From: Candidatus Moraniibacteriota bacterium
GTDB taxonomy: Bacteria > Patescibacteriota > Minisyncoccia > Moranbacterales > UBA1568
Length of the DNA: 64,000 nucleotides
Reading direction: 5' to 3'
Assembly (NCBI GenBank): GCA_037133435.1
Contig: JBAXOD010000001.1
Span: 30,979-94,978 of the forward strand
The translations under genes and the position numbers were made by a program. The notes below the pieces were generated by a model that worked only from the letters and a program-made list of their open reading frames with translations, did no database searches and had not been told where the DNA came from. Below are positions 30,471 through 39,469 of the stretch, in pieces. Each line of letters begins with the position of its first letter. Within the stretch, counting starts at the first letter, position 1.

Positions 30471-31136
30471 ATGACCATCGACAAACACAATCTGACTGAT
30501 CAGCATGAACCGGATCCCGTTACGGAGAATGCCGTCCGGAACGAGTCTTCGTATTTCCTGCTGTTATTGCTCGTTTCAGCATCGTTTTTCGGTTTGCTCG
30601 CGTTCGCGAACGGTGAAGCGATCGATACCGGGATAGAAGCCGATATCGCCACGATGAATACGAAACCATACGTCCGATACAGGAGTCCGATGGAGCGTGA
30701 ACTCGAGAAAATGGTCGATGGACATCCGATCGCGGCCATGATTCCGTATATTTCCAGTCAGGATCCGGAAACGGCGAAGTACCTTGTTTCCATAGCGAAG
30801 CATGAATCCAATTGGGGAACGTTGTCTCCGAAGGATGCCGACGGACAGACGTGTTTCAATTATTGGGGATATCGTGGCGCGGGTGATCGTGTCACCGAAA
30901 GCGGATACTCGTGCTTTGAAAGTCCGAAAGAGGCGATCGCTGTCGTGGGCAAACGGCTTGATTATCTTATCTGGGATCTTCGGCTCAATACGCCAGAGAA
31001 GCTTATCGTGTGGAAGTGCGGAAAGACCTGTGCGGGTCATAGCAGTACGGGCGTCAGGAATTGGATCGATAACGTGGATTATTACTCGAAAAAAGTCGAA
31101 TCGGCTCGCCTTGCGGATTCCACTGTGACCAGATAA
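30471..31136 (+). CDS. Membrane-anchored protein with a lysozyme/glucosaminidase-like domain
   Basis: TM helix; IAKHESNWG...NYWGY...GY.CF.S resembles GH73-like ES.WG/N.FG motifs. Confidence 0.55.
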   Translation: MTIDKHNLTDQHEPDPVTENAVRNESSYFLLLLLVSASFFGLLAFANGEAIDTGIEADIATMNTKPYVRYRSPMERELEKMVDGHPIAAMIPYISSQDPETAKYLVSIAKHESNWGTLSPKDADGQTCFNYWGYRGAGDRVTESGYSCFESPKEAIAVVGKRLDYLIWDLRLNTPEKLIVWKCGKTCAGHSSTGVRNWIDNVDYYSKKVESARLADSTVTR

Positions 31137-31240
31137 TCCGAGGGTAGGATAGGCAGGTTGAAAAAACCCCGATTTGATTCGGAGTTTTTCTTCGTCGAGG
31201 AGGTGGTCGGGTTGCCCGGATAGGCTTTCCAGAGCGATAT

Positions 31241-31295
31241 TTGACGGGATTTTGACTTGTGCTATAATGACTCTTGCAACCACTATATATAGTTG
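31241..31295 (+). promoter_or_regulatory. nrdD promoter and NrdR box
   Basis: TTGACG-16 bp-TATAAT with TG extension; CCACTATATATAGTTG at 31280-31295 matches the NrdR-box pattern acaCwAtATaTwGtg. Confidence 0.75.
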
Positions 31296-31325
31296 AAATC
31301 ATAACGATTAAACACAAACACGGGT

Positions 31326-33473
31326 ATGGCAACGGGGAAAAAAATCCGAACGGGAACGGTCGCGCCGAAACGGGGGAAAGGAGCGAAAAAAACGTCGAAA
31401 AAAACCGATTCGAAAGCCGTAAAAAAGGCCGTTCGGACGGCGGGTATCGGGAAGATCGTCAAGCGTGACGGACGCACGGTACCGTTCGAGGAAGCGAAAA
31501 TCGTTACCGCCATCGGCAAAGCGCTCGAGGCGACCGGCGAAGGAAGTGTTTCCGAGGCGAAGAAGGTCGCTGCGAAGACGGTGCATCTTCTCCGAAAGGA
31601 TTTCAAGAACGGGATCATGCCGTCGGTCGAGGACGTGCAGGACGTGGTCGAGCGGGTGCTCATGATTCTTGATTTCGAGGAGACCGCGAAATCGTACATT
31701 CTCTATCGTGAGGAGCGGCGCAAGCTGCGCGAAATCGAGAAGTCCCTCGACGACTCGTCCGACCTCGTGGACAAGTATCTGATGGAAATGGACTGGCGGG
31801 TCAAGGAAAACGCGAACATGGCGTACTCGCTTCAGGGACTGAACAATTATCTCGCGTCCATCGTCAGTTCGCGCTATTGGATGAATCGTGTCTATCCCGC
31901 GGAGATCCGCAAGGCGCACGAGGGCGGGGACGTGCATCTTCACGACCTGCAGCAGATTTCGGCGTATTGCTGCGGTTGGGACCTGCATGATCTGATCCGG
32001 CGCGGGTTTACGGGTGTTCCGGGAAAGATCTCCTCGGGTCCGGCGAAGCATTTCGGTGCCGTGCTCGGACAGATGGTGAACTTCATCTATACGCTCCAAG
32101 GAGAGGTCGCCGGTGCGCAGGCATTCTCGAACTTCGATACGCTGTTGGCGCCTTTCGTACGCTACGACAAACTGTCCTACAAGCAGGTCAAACAGGAGAT
32201 GCAGTCGTTCGTCTTCAACATGAACGTCTCGACCCGGGTCGGGTTCCAGACCCCGTTCTCGAACATCACGCTCGACATCACCGCCCCGAAGGCGCTCGCG
32301 AGCCAGTCAGTCATCATCGGCGCGGAACCGAGAAAAGAGACCTACGGTGAGTTCCAAGACGAGATGAACATGATCAATCGCGCGTTCGCGGAAGTCATGA
32401 TGGAAGGGGATTCGAGCGGTCGAGTGTTCACGTTTCCGATCCCGACCTACAACATCACCAAGGAATTCGACTGGGAGGACGACCGTTTCCGACCGATATG
32501 GGAAATGACGGCCAAATACGGTATCCCGTACTTCGCGAATTTCGTGAACTCGGATATGGATCCCGAGGATGCGCGCTCGATGTGCTGCAGACTCCGGCTC
32601 GACAACCGAGAACTGCATAAGCGCGGCGGAGGACTGTTCGGTGCGGCCCCGTTGACCGGGTCCGTCGGCGTGGCGACCGTCAACCTGCCCCGTATCGGAT
32701 ATCTCGCGAAGGATGAGAAGGATTTTTTCGAGCGGCTTGAGAAGAACATGGATATCGCCAAGGCGAGTCTCGAGATAAAGCGCAAGCTCGTCGAACAGAT
32801 GACCGACCGCGGGCTGTACCCCTACACCAAATTCTATCTGGCACCGATCAAACAGCGTCGAGGGGAGTACTGGGCGAACCATTTCTCCACCATCGGACTT
32901 ATCGGCATGAACGAGGCGATTCTGAATCTTCTCGGTACCGATATCACGACGAAGAAAGGGCAGTCGTTCGCCGAGAAGACGCTCGAACGGATGCGGAAGA
33001 GGATCATCGGTTATCAGAAGGAGACCGGAAACCTCTACAACCTCGAGGCGACGCCGGGAGAAGGGACGTCCCACCGTCTGGCCGCGATCGACCGGGAGCG
33101 ATACAAGGATATCGTGTTCGCGAACGACGAGGCGGTCCGGAAGCACGGAGCGCAGCCGTATTACACCAACTCGTCCCAATTGCCGGTCGGATATACCGAC
33201 GATATCTTCGAGGCCCTCAACCTTCAGGACAAGCTGCAGACGAAATACACGGGCGGAACGGTGCTGCACGGCTTCCTCGGGGAGCGTATCTGGGACGTGG
33301 ACGCGACGAAGAACCTGGTCCGACGCATCGCCGAGAAGTACAAGCTGCCATATTTCACCCTGACCCCGACCTTCAGTGTCTGTCCGGTGCACGGATATAT
33401 CGCAGGCGAGCACCATGTGTGTCCGCAGTGCGTCGCGGAATCCGCCGTGAAGGAATACGTGATTGCGGAGTGA
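31326..33473 (+). CDS. nrdD: Class III anaerobic ribonucleoside-triphosphate reductase, large subunit lacking the glycyl-radical tail
   Basis: ATP cone (IVKRDG...F...KI), SMCCRL, NLEATPGEG, LQ..YTGGT and CPVHG...CPQC; ends before the RxxGY motif. Confidence 0.95.
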   Translation: MATGKKIRTGTVAPKRGKGAKKTSKKTDSKAVKKAVRTAGIGKIVKRDGRTVPFEEAKIVTAIGKALEATGEGSVSEAKKVAAKTVHLLRKDFKNGIMPSVEDVQDVVERVLMILDFEETAKSYILYREERRKLREIEKSLDDSSDLVDKYLMEMDWRVKENANMAYSLQGLNNYLASIVSSRYWMNRVYPAEIRKAHEGGDVHLHDLQQISAYCCGWDLHDLIRRGFTGVPGKISSGPAKHFGAVLGQMVNFIYTLQGEVAGAQAFSNFDTLLAPFVRYDKLSYKQVKQEMQSFVFNMNVSTRVGFQTPFSNITLDITAPKALASQSVIIGAEPRKETYGEFQDEMNMINRAFAEVMMEGDSSGRVFTFPIPTYNITKEFDWEDDRFRPIWEMTAKYGIPYFANFVNSDMDPEDARSMCCRLRLDNRELHKRGGGLFGAAPLTGSVGVATVNLPRIGYLAKDEKDFFERLEKNMDIAKASLEIKRKLVEQMTDRGLYPYTKFYLAPIKQRRGEYWANHFSTIGLIGMNEAILNLLGTDITTKKGQSFAEKTLERMRKRIIGYQKETGNLYNLEATPGEGTSHRLAAIDRERYKDIVFANDEAVRKHGAQPYYTNSSQLPVGYTDDIFEALNLQDKLQTKYTGGTVLHGFLGERIWDVDATKNLVRRIAEKYKLPYFTLTPTFSVCPVHGYIAGEHHVCPQCVAESAVKEYVIAE

Positions 33474-33568
33474 CCGTTTTCAGATAGTGGATAACAGTGA
33501 ACAGGGAACTGCGGAATTGATTCGAAATGTTAAGTAATAATATAATAATAAGTCGGTAACACAAACAT

Positions 33569-33835
33569 ATGCAGAAACACATCTGCCATGACTGCAAGAA
33601 GGAAATCGGAAAGGGTGGGAAATTCATGCCGTACGAGGCGGCCGGCTCGTCGTTCGTGAAGTGCGAGACGTGCCACAATGCCGACCCGGTGTTGCGGAAT
33701 TTCCAGGAAGCCGAAGTTTATTCCCGCATCGTGGGGTATATCCGCCCCATCAAGCAGTGGAACAAGGCGAAGCGCCAGGAGTTCCAGGACCGCATGACGT
33801 TCGCATCCGCTTCGGTCTGCGACTGCTCGTCGTAA
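33569..33835 (+). CDS. Stand-alone NrdD glycyl-radical domain with an N-terminal zinc ribbon
   Basis: CHDC...CETC then EVYSRIVGYIRPIKQWNKAKRQEFQDR. Confidence 0.9.
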   Translation: MQKHICHDCKKEIGKGGKFMPYEAAGSSFVKCETCHNADPVLRNFQEAEVYSRIVGYIRPIKQWNKAKRQEFQDRMTFASASVCDCSS

Positions 33836-33904
33836 TCGGTATTTTTGAAATGAGGAGGGCCCGCGTTTGTGAAACGAACGCGGGTTGTCCGTCTTCGTAA
33901 CGGT

Positions 33905-34606
33905 ATGTTGATCGCCGGATTCCAAAAAATGACCCTGATCGATTATCCGGGGAAGATCGCCACGACCGTGTTTACGGTCGGGTGTAATTTCCGTTGCCCG
34001 TTCTGCCATAATCCGGAGACCGTCATACCATCGCCCGAGTCACTCCGGTCGTTTGTCGGTCGGGAAGGGGAATTCTTCGCGTTTCTCGCGAAGCGGAAAG
34101 GGATGCTCGACGGGGTCTGCATCACCGGAGGGGAACCGACCGTCCAGCGCGATATCATGCCGTTCATTCGTCGTATCAAGAAGATGGGTTTTCTGGTCAA
34201 GCTTGATTCGAACGGGACAAACCCGGAAATTCTCGAGAAAATCTTTCACGAGGGACTTGCCGACTTTGTCGCCATGGACATCAAGAATAATCCGGACCGG
34301 TATTCGGAGACGGCGGGGGTGCCGGTGGATACGGATCGGATCGCGAAGAGCGTACGGCTCGTTATGGAAAGCGGCATCGACTACGAGTTCCGGACGACGG
34401 TCGTGCCCGGTATCCATACGGAGGAGGACTTCGACGGTATCGCCGCGCTCATCAGGGGTGCGCGCGCGTACTATCTGCAGGAATATCGGGACGCGATCAT
34501 CCTCGATCCGACTTTGAAGGAACGGATGAAGGGAAAGACGATCGATCTCGATAAGATAGCGGAAAGGATGAAAAAGTCCGTGAAGCATGTCGGGATCCGG
34601 AGGTGA
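33905..34606 (+). CDS. nrdG: Anaerobic RNR activating enzyme (radical SAM)
   Basis: LIDYPG, GCNFRCPFCHN, TGGEPT, KLDSNG and YEFRTT. Confidence 0.93.
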   Translation: MLIAGFQKMTLIDYPGKIATTVFTVGCNFRCPFCHNPETVIPSPESLRSFVGREGEFFAFLAKRKGMLDGVCITGGEPTVQRDIMPFIRRIKKMGFLVKLDSNGTNPEILEKIFHEGLADFVAMDIKNNPDRYSETAGVPVDTDRIAKSVRLVMESGIDYEFRTTVVPGIHTEEDFDGIAALIRGARAYYLQEYRDAIILDPTLKERMKGKTIDLDKIAERMKKSVKHVGIRR

Positions 34607-34608
34607 GG

Positions 34609-34782
34609 CAGATAACAGATAACAGATAATACCAGATGAACGTACACTATTACTTTTTTTATCCCGCTCAGATTCCCGCCTTCGCGGGAATGACAGTGTG
34701 TTAATCGCCCTATTGATTACGTTGATTCGGTATAACAGATAACAGGGAACGGGGAACAGGGAACTGGGAACAGGGAACAATG
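34609..34782. repeat. Heptamer tracts (CAGATAA x3; AACAGGG-type x7) flanking a dRS3-like palindrome
   Basis: Read directly; ATTCCC-GCCTTCGC-GGGAAT at 34672-34691. Confidence 0.8.
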
Positions 34783-34836
34783 ATAGTGTGCGTGTGTCGT
34801 ATAGACGGGACATATCCAGTTTTTACGGCAAGCGAA

Positions 34837-34866
34837 TAAAAAACACCCCGATTGGGGTGTTTTTTC
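34837..34866. terminator. Bidirectional intrinsic terminator
   Basis: AAAAAAACACCCC-GATT-GGGGTGTTTTTT. Confidence 0.85.
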
Positions 34867-34879
34867 TGGGAGGGAGGAC

Positions 34880-35050
34880 TTATAAGAGTCCCATGTTCCC
34901 GAAGAGGGTGAGGGTGATCACCGGCATGAGCGCCAGGAGGAACGCGAACGCGAGTTCCTCGTTCGCCGCCCGCTTGGAGCATTCGGGGCAGTTCGTGCAC
35001 CCCGCGCTTCCGCCGTGAACCTCACCGGAAGAAACCTGGTTGGTCTCCAT
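34880..35050 (-). CDS. Small 56-aa protein with CxxCxxC and a C-terminal hydrophobic helix (absent from the ORF track)
   Basis: Hand translation METNQVSSGEVHGGSAGCTNCPECSKRAANEELAFAFLLALMPVITLTLFGNMGLL; GC3-rich codons; own promoter and terminator. Confidence 0.75.
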   Translation of the reverse strand: METNQVSSGEVHGGSAGCTNCPECSKRAANEELAFAFLLALMPVITLTLFGNMGLL

Positions 35051-35129
35051 AGGTTTGTGTTACTTATTAGGCTCTTCAAAAAAGAAAAACGGATTCCCCC
35101 TGAGGGGCACCCGTTTCACTTCTACAGAC

Positions 35130-35158
35130 AGTATACACTCTTTATCGGTCGGAGTCAA
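35130..35158 (-). promoter_or_regulatory. Sigma70-type promoter of the 56-aa ORF
   Basis: TTGACT-17 bp-TATACT on the minus strand. Confidence 0.7.
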
Positions 35159-35337
35159 ATGAAACTTACAACTAACGACCCACAACTGACAACGGAAGCC
35201 AGAAAATGATACGAATGTTGGGAGTGGGAAAATATTTCAAGAAGAAACGACGAAGCATAAGGATAGATTAAAAAAAGAAGCGTGTCATTTGGATCACGCT
35301 CCTATGATTTCCGTCATTATAAATTGTCTTTCGATGA

Positions 35338-36033
35338 TTATTCTTCGGAAGGCAAAAGAGTCTCCTTGAGCGAAAGACCGATTTCAGATAATCGTGATTT
35401 CACTTCAGCCAACGTTCTGGTGCCGAAGTTATTGATCTTGAGTAATTCAGTATCGGTCATACATATCAGATCCCCGACCGTAAAGATTTCAGATGAATAC
35501 AGACATCTACCCGCTCTTGTCGATAGGCGGAGCGCGTCTATTCCTAATCCGGATTTCTCCTCGAGGATCGGTTCGCGTTCCTTCCGTAGAGATTCTGCGT
35601 ACTTTATATAAGAAAAGACAAAATCGTCAAAATACGAATACATCGAATTCTTATTGTTGATTCCGCTTGTGCACTGAATTCTGGCCTCGAAGCGCATCTC
35701 GACTTTTACCCGATAATCGGGCAATTCTTCACTGAGGGTAGGTGGGCAAAGGTAAAGTTCAATCGTCAAGCGGTATGTGGAACCGTTTTTCCGGAGAAGC
35801 TTCGATGCAAGATAACGAGACTGTCTCGATGATTTTGGCTGATGGCAACTGTTCCGTGTTCTTCCATCGAACTCAATGGAGTAGAAACGAGGAGAATTGA
35901 TAGTGATCGACTCCGGACTTACTGGCACGCGCCATTTATGCTTATTGAATCGCGCGGTGTTCCTGAATGCCGTTGCGAGTTCCTCGTCGGCGAGCGGCCC
36001 GTTGATAATTGCGATAAGAGTTTGTTCGGTCAT
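35338..36033 (-). CDS. Hypothetical protein with a C-terminal RNA polymerase alpha-CTD-like domain
   Basis: IDALRLSTRAGRCL...IFTVGDL....TELLKINNFG..TL.EV...L...GLSL. Confidence 0.8.
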   Translation of the reverse strand: MTEQTLIAIINGPLADEELATAFRNTARFNKHKWRVPVSPESITINSPRFYSIEFDGRTRNSCHQPKSSRQSRYLASKLLRKNGSTYRLTIELYLCPPTLSEELPDYRVKVEMRFEARIQCTSGINNKNSMYSYFDDFVFSYIKYAESLRKEREPILEEKSGLGIDALRLSTRAGRCLYSSEIFTVGDLICMTDTELLKINNFGTRTLAEVKSRLSEIGLSLKETLLPSEE

Positions 36034-36225
36034 GTGATGACTCCTTGTAGGTTAGGTTGTTAAAATGCAATAAATGAGTGATTCGTAGTGTAGTTTGTTG
36101 TATTTTATCCGTCAAGTCGAATATGTAGCGTATTTCTTTGACATTTTTCTGGCGATGCGGCATAATGGGTACGCGAAGAAAAGGGCGATGGCGCCTTTTT
36201 ATTTTTCGACATTTTCACCGCTCCT

Positions 36226-36278
36226 CCACCCCTCACCTTCGAGGACTCAGGAGCTCCCCTTGAAAAGGGGAGCAGGAA
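36226..36278. repeat. REP-like dispersed repeat, copy A
   Basis: CCACCCCTCA-hairpin-AGCTCCCCT-N5-AGGGGAGCAGGAA; second copy at 61717-61769. Confidence 0.75.
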
Positions 36279-36356
36279 TTCTTTATTTTTATTTTTCGAG
36301 CGATTTTATCCCCTTTCGTCCCATTTCACCTATTTCATCCCATTTGATTCACGACT

Positions 36357-38144
36357 ATGCATATACGAAACATCGCCATCATCGCGCACGTCGACCACGG
36401 CAAGACGACTTTGACCGACGGGTTGCTCAAGCAGACCGGGTACGCCCAGGAGGGCTTCTCCATGGACACGAACGCACTCGAGAAGGAACGGGGCATCACC
36501 ATCTACGCGAAGAATGCCTCGCTGTATTACAAGGATACGAAGATCAACATCGTGGACACCCCGGGGCATGCCGACTTCGGCAGCGAGGTGGAACGGGTGC
36601 TTCGTTCGATCGACGACGTGGTGTTGGTGGTGGACGCGCAGGAAGGCCCTATGCCGCAGACACGCTTCGTCTTGAAGAAGTCGCTCGAGCTCGGTCTCCG
36701 TCCGATCGTGGTGCTCAACAAGATCGACAAGCCGGCCGCACGACCGGAAATCGTCGCCGAGCTGGTGTACGAGCTCTTCTTGGATCTCGGGGCAACCGAC
36801 GAACAGCTCGATTTCCCGATCCTGTATGCCATCGCCCGCGAGGGCATCGCGAAGCGCTCGCTTGAAGAGACCGGTATCGACCTGTCTCCGATCCTCGATA
36901 CGATCCTTGAGCGCGTTCCGGAGGCGCTCCACGACTCGGAGGCCCCGCTTCGTATCCAGCCGTTCAATCTCGGCTATGACAACTTCCTCGGACGCATCGC
37001 CGTGGCCCGCGTGTACGAGGGTAAGGTGAAGACCGGGGAGCAGATCCTCATCCGCAATGCGCAGGGAAAGTCCGAAAGCGGACGTATCGTGAAAATCTTC
37101 ACGTTCAAAGGACTCGACCGTGAGGAGATCCCGGTCGCGAACGCGGGGGATATCGTCCTCTTGGCGGGGCTTCCGAACGTCGAGATCGGCGATACGATTT
37201 CCACGACGGCCGAACAAGAACTGTTGCCGGCCATCGACATCGACGAACCGACCATCTCGCTCTTCTTCCTCGTCAATGATAGCCCGTTCGCCGGACGCGA
37301 GGGCAAGTACGTGACGAATCAGCAGCTTCGCGAGCGTCTGGAGAAGGAACTCGAGATCAATGTGGGACTCAAGATCGACTTTTCCGAGAATGACCGGTAC
37401 AAGGTCTATGGCCGCGGGGAGCTTCACATCGCGATTCTGCTTGAGAACATGCGCCGGGAAGGGTACGAGACACAGGTCTCGCAGCCGCAGGTCATCATCA
37501 AGGAAGTGGACGGCGTGAAACAAGAACCGTTCGAGGAGGTGACGATAGAATGTCCGGCGGCATCGTCGGGCACGGTCATCGAGAAGCTCGGCCGCCGCAA
37601 GGGATTCATGATCGAGATGAAAGAGGGAAGCGGCGGATACCAGCGATTGCTGTTCGAAGCGCCGACGCGCGGACTCTTGGGCTATCGCAACGAGTTCATC
37701 ATTGATACGCGCGGAGAGGGGATATTCTCGAGCCGGTTCATCGGCTTCCGAACGTACGTGGGCGAAATCTCGCATCGCGACGTAGGTTCGATGATCTCCA
37801 TGATCGCGGGCAAGACGGCCGCATTCGCACTCGACAATCTGCAGACGCGTGGAACGCTCTATATCGGCCCAGGGGTCGAGATATACGAGGGATTGGTCGT
37901 GGGCAACACTTCCAAGGGTTCCGACATGGCGGTGAATCCGGTAAAGGGCAAGAACCTGACGAACATGCGTTCATCGGGTGCAGACGAGGCACTCAAGCTT
38001 TCCCCGCCGTGGGAACTGACGATCGAGCGTGGACTCGAGATCATGTCCAATGACGAATACCTGGAGGTGACGCCCGAGAGCGTACGACTGCGCAAACAGG
38101 TATTGAACGAGACCGAACGCGTCCGGGTGGGACGGAAGAAGTAA
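36357..38144 (+). CDS. typA: Translational GTPase TypA/BipA
   Basis: [38 protein letters not shown] and EVTP..VRLRK. Confidence 0.97.
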   Translation: MHIRNIAIIAHVDHGKTTLTDGLLKQTGYAQEGFSMDTNALEKERGITIYAKNASLYYKDTKINIVDTPGHADFGSEVERVLRSIDDVVLVVDAQEGPMPQTRFVLKKSLELGLRPIVVLNKIDKPAARPEIVAELVYELFLDLGATDEQLDFPILYAIAREGIAKRSLEETGIDLSPILDTILERVPEALHDSEAPLRIQPFNLGYDNFLGRIAVARVYEGKVKTGEQILIRNAQGKSESGRIVKIFTFKGLDREEIPVANAGDIVLLAGLPNVEIGDTISTTAEQELLPAIDIDEPTISLFFLVNDSPFAGREGKYVTNQQLRERLEKELEINVGLKIDFSENDRYKVYGRGELHIAILLENMRREGYETQVSQPQVIIKEVDGVKQEPFEEVTIECPAASSGTVIEKLGRRKGFMIEMKEGSGGYQRLLFEAPTRGLLGYRNEFIIDTRGEGIFSSRFIGFRTYVGEISHRDVGSMISMIAGKTAAFALDNLQTRGTLYIGPGVEIYEGLVVGNTSKGSDMAVNPVKGKNLTNMRSSGADEALKLSPPWELTIERGLEIMSNDEYLEVTPESVRLRKQVLNETERVRVGRKK

Positions 38145-38152
38145 GGATGAAC

Positions 38153-38229
38153 GTACAATTTACAACTTACAACTTACAACTCATAACTTACAACTTACAA
38201 CTCACAACTCACAACTTACAACTTACAAA
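38153..38229. repeat. Heptamer tandem repeat (TTACAAC/TCACAAC, about 11 units)
   Basis: Read directly just after the typA stop. Confidence 0.92.
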
Positions 38230-38521
38230 AAATCCGACACAACACCGCTGAGCGGAAGTATTGGATAGGTTCGAAAAGATGGACTGACAACGTATCACCC
38301 GCAAAGGTGAAAGAAAAGGAAATAATGAATACCAAAAAATCGGCATGTGCCGATTTTTTGATATCTTCACGCTTTGTAATCTGAGGTAAAGAACGAATTG
38401 ATGTGTCATCCGAGTCTCATCACACTAAATCAAAAATAAATTTTTTAAATCCCATCGACTAACAGTATGTTGTCAAATCCGAAACGGAACGTATCAGGTT
38501 CTGATATCGAAAGATTCGAAT

Positions 38522-39097
38522 TTATTGTAATACCATATCTCCGGAAACGATGAGGCCTGCACTACTGTCACTTGTTTGCCTACATTTGACTGCACCGTTG
38601 CTTTGTAATGCACAACAGATGAACTCAAAAGGACTAACACTGAAACAGCTCAGGTTTCCTCCCGTCGCCGCCGCCGCCACCGCTATCTGCACCGCCCGAG
38701 TCGTACCCTGCGACGCGCCGTCCGACTTGATCGACGCTATCGTGCCGGGATCGCCGGCACAATCGGTGATTCGCGTGTCACTTGTGTCGAACAACCGGAC
38801 TGTCCATCCCTCCGACGAGGTGATCACCCCTCCGTTACAGGTCGCACCGCTATTGGTCGCGACCAAGTCGATCGTGGCGGGCCGTATCTTATACAGCTGG
38901 TAGAGCACCTTCTCATTTCCCGTATTGGCCACCTGAAAGGCCTTGGTAGAATCTCCGGACGAAAGGGCTGATTTCTCGAGCGATACGGAAGACGCCAACA
39001 ACGTGAGTGCCGTCACCAGCATCAATGACAAGATGATGAGCGAGAAGACGAGCACGGAACCTTTCGGAATCAACTTCGAAAAACCGATGTTTTTCAT
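38522..39097 (-). CDS. PilX-like minor pilin
   Basis: Class III signal KG|SVLVFSLIILSLML, S.KAFQ.A..G.E..L, IKS.G...GTTRAV. Confidence 0.75.
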   Translation of the reverse strand: MKNIGFSKLIPKGSVLVFSLIILSLMLVTALTLLASSVSLEKSALSSGDSTKAFQVANTGNEKVLYQLYKIRPATIDLVATNSGATCNGGVITSSEGWTVRLFDTSDTRITDCAGDPGTIASIKSDGASQGTTRAVQIAVAAAATGGNLSCFSVSPFEFICCALQSNGAVKCRQTSDSSAGLIVSGDMVLQ

Positions 39098-39469
39098 ATG
39101 TTTTCTATTACGTGTTACGCCGACTGTGGTTTATGGCATCGACGAATCGATGACAATGATATTGTACACCGATTGGGGTGATTTTCAAAACGGGATGTAT
39201 AAGGGGGATTTCAAACACACAAAACGATTGAGCGGAAAATGGGAGCATGTCCGAAGAGAAACACGAGTGGTGCGACATAGTGTTTGTCTGTCGAAGAATA
39301 CGGATACTGAACGCGGCTGATCAAATTTTTTGTAGAATTGAAAGAAAGAGTATCAATAAGCGGAAAAACGAGGCTCGTATACCATGAAAATGCCATACCG
39401 GGTAACTACGACGTTTATGAGATCGAACCGTGGTAGTATACTGATGAGTATAAGCCGTAAACACCACAT

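Noticed and set aside
33440-33600. nrdD split as a simple frameshift or sequencing error
   Set aside because: The gap is 95 bp of AT-rich non-coding DNA with stops, and the downstream ORF carries an extra zinc ribbon that a single indel would not create. Read confirmation is still advisable.
36330-37775. Long antisense or shadow ORFs (also 32307..33416, 12933..13850, 8992..9963, 23232..24278)
   Set aside because: They lie opposite well-supported genes and are expected from GC3-biased codon usage; no protein motifs.
38153-38229. Tandem repeat considered as a CRISPR array
   Set aside because: Units are 7 bp with no spacers, and there are no cas genes; it is a simple heptamer tract.
38522-38700. 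Diversity-generating retroelement or shufflon acting on the pilin tip
   Set aside because: No reverse transcriptase, template repeat, recombinase or repeated crossover sites are visible in the window.
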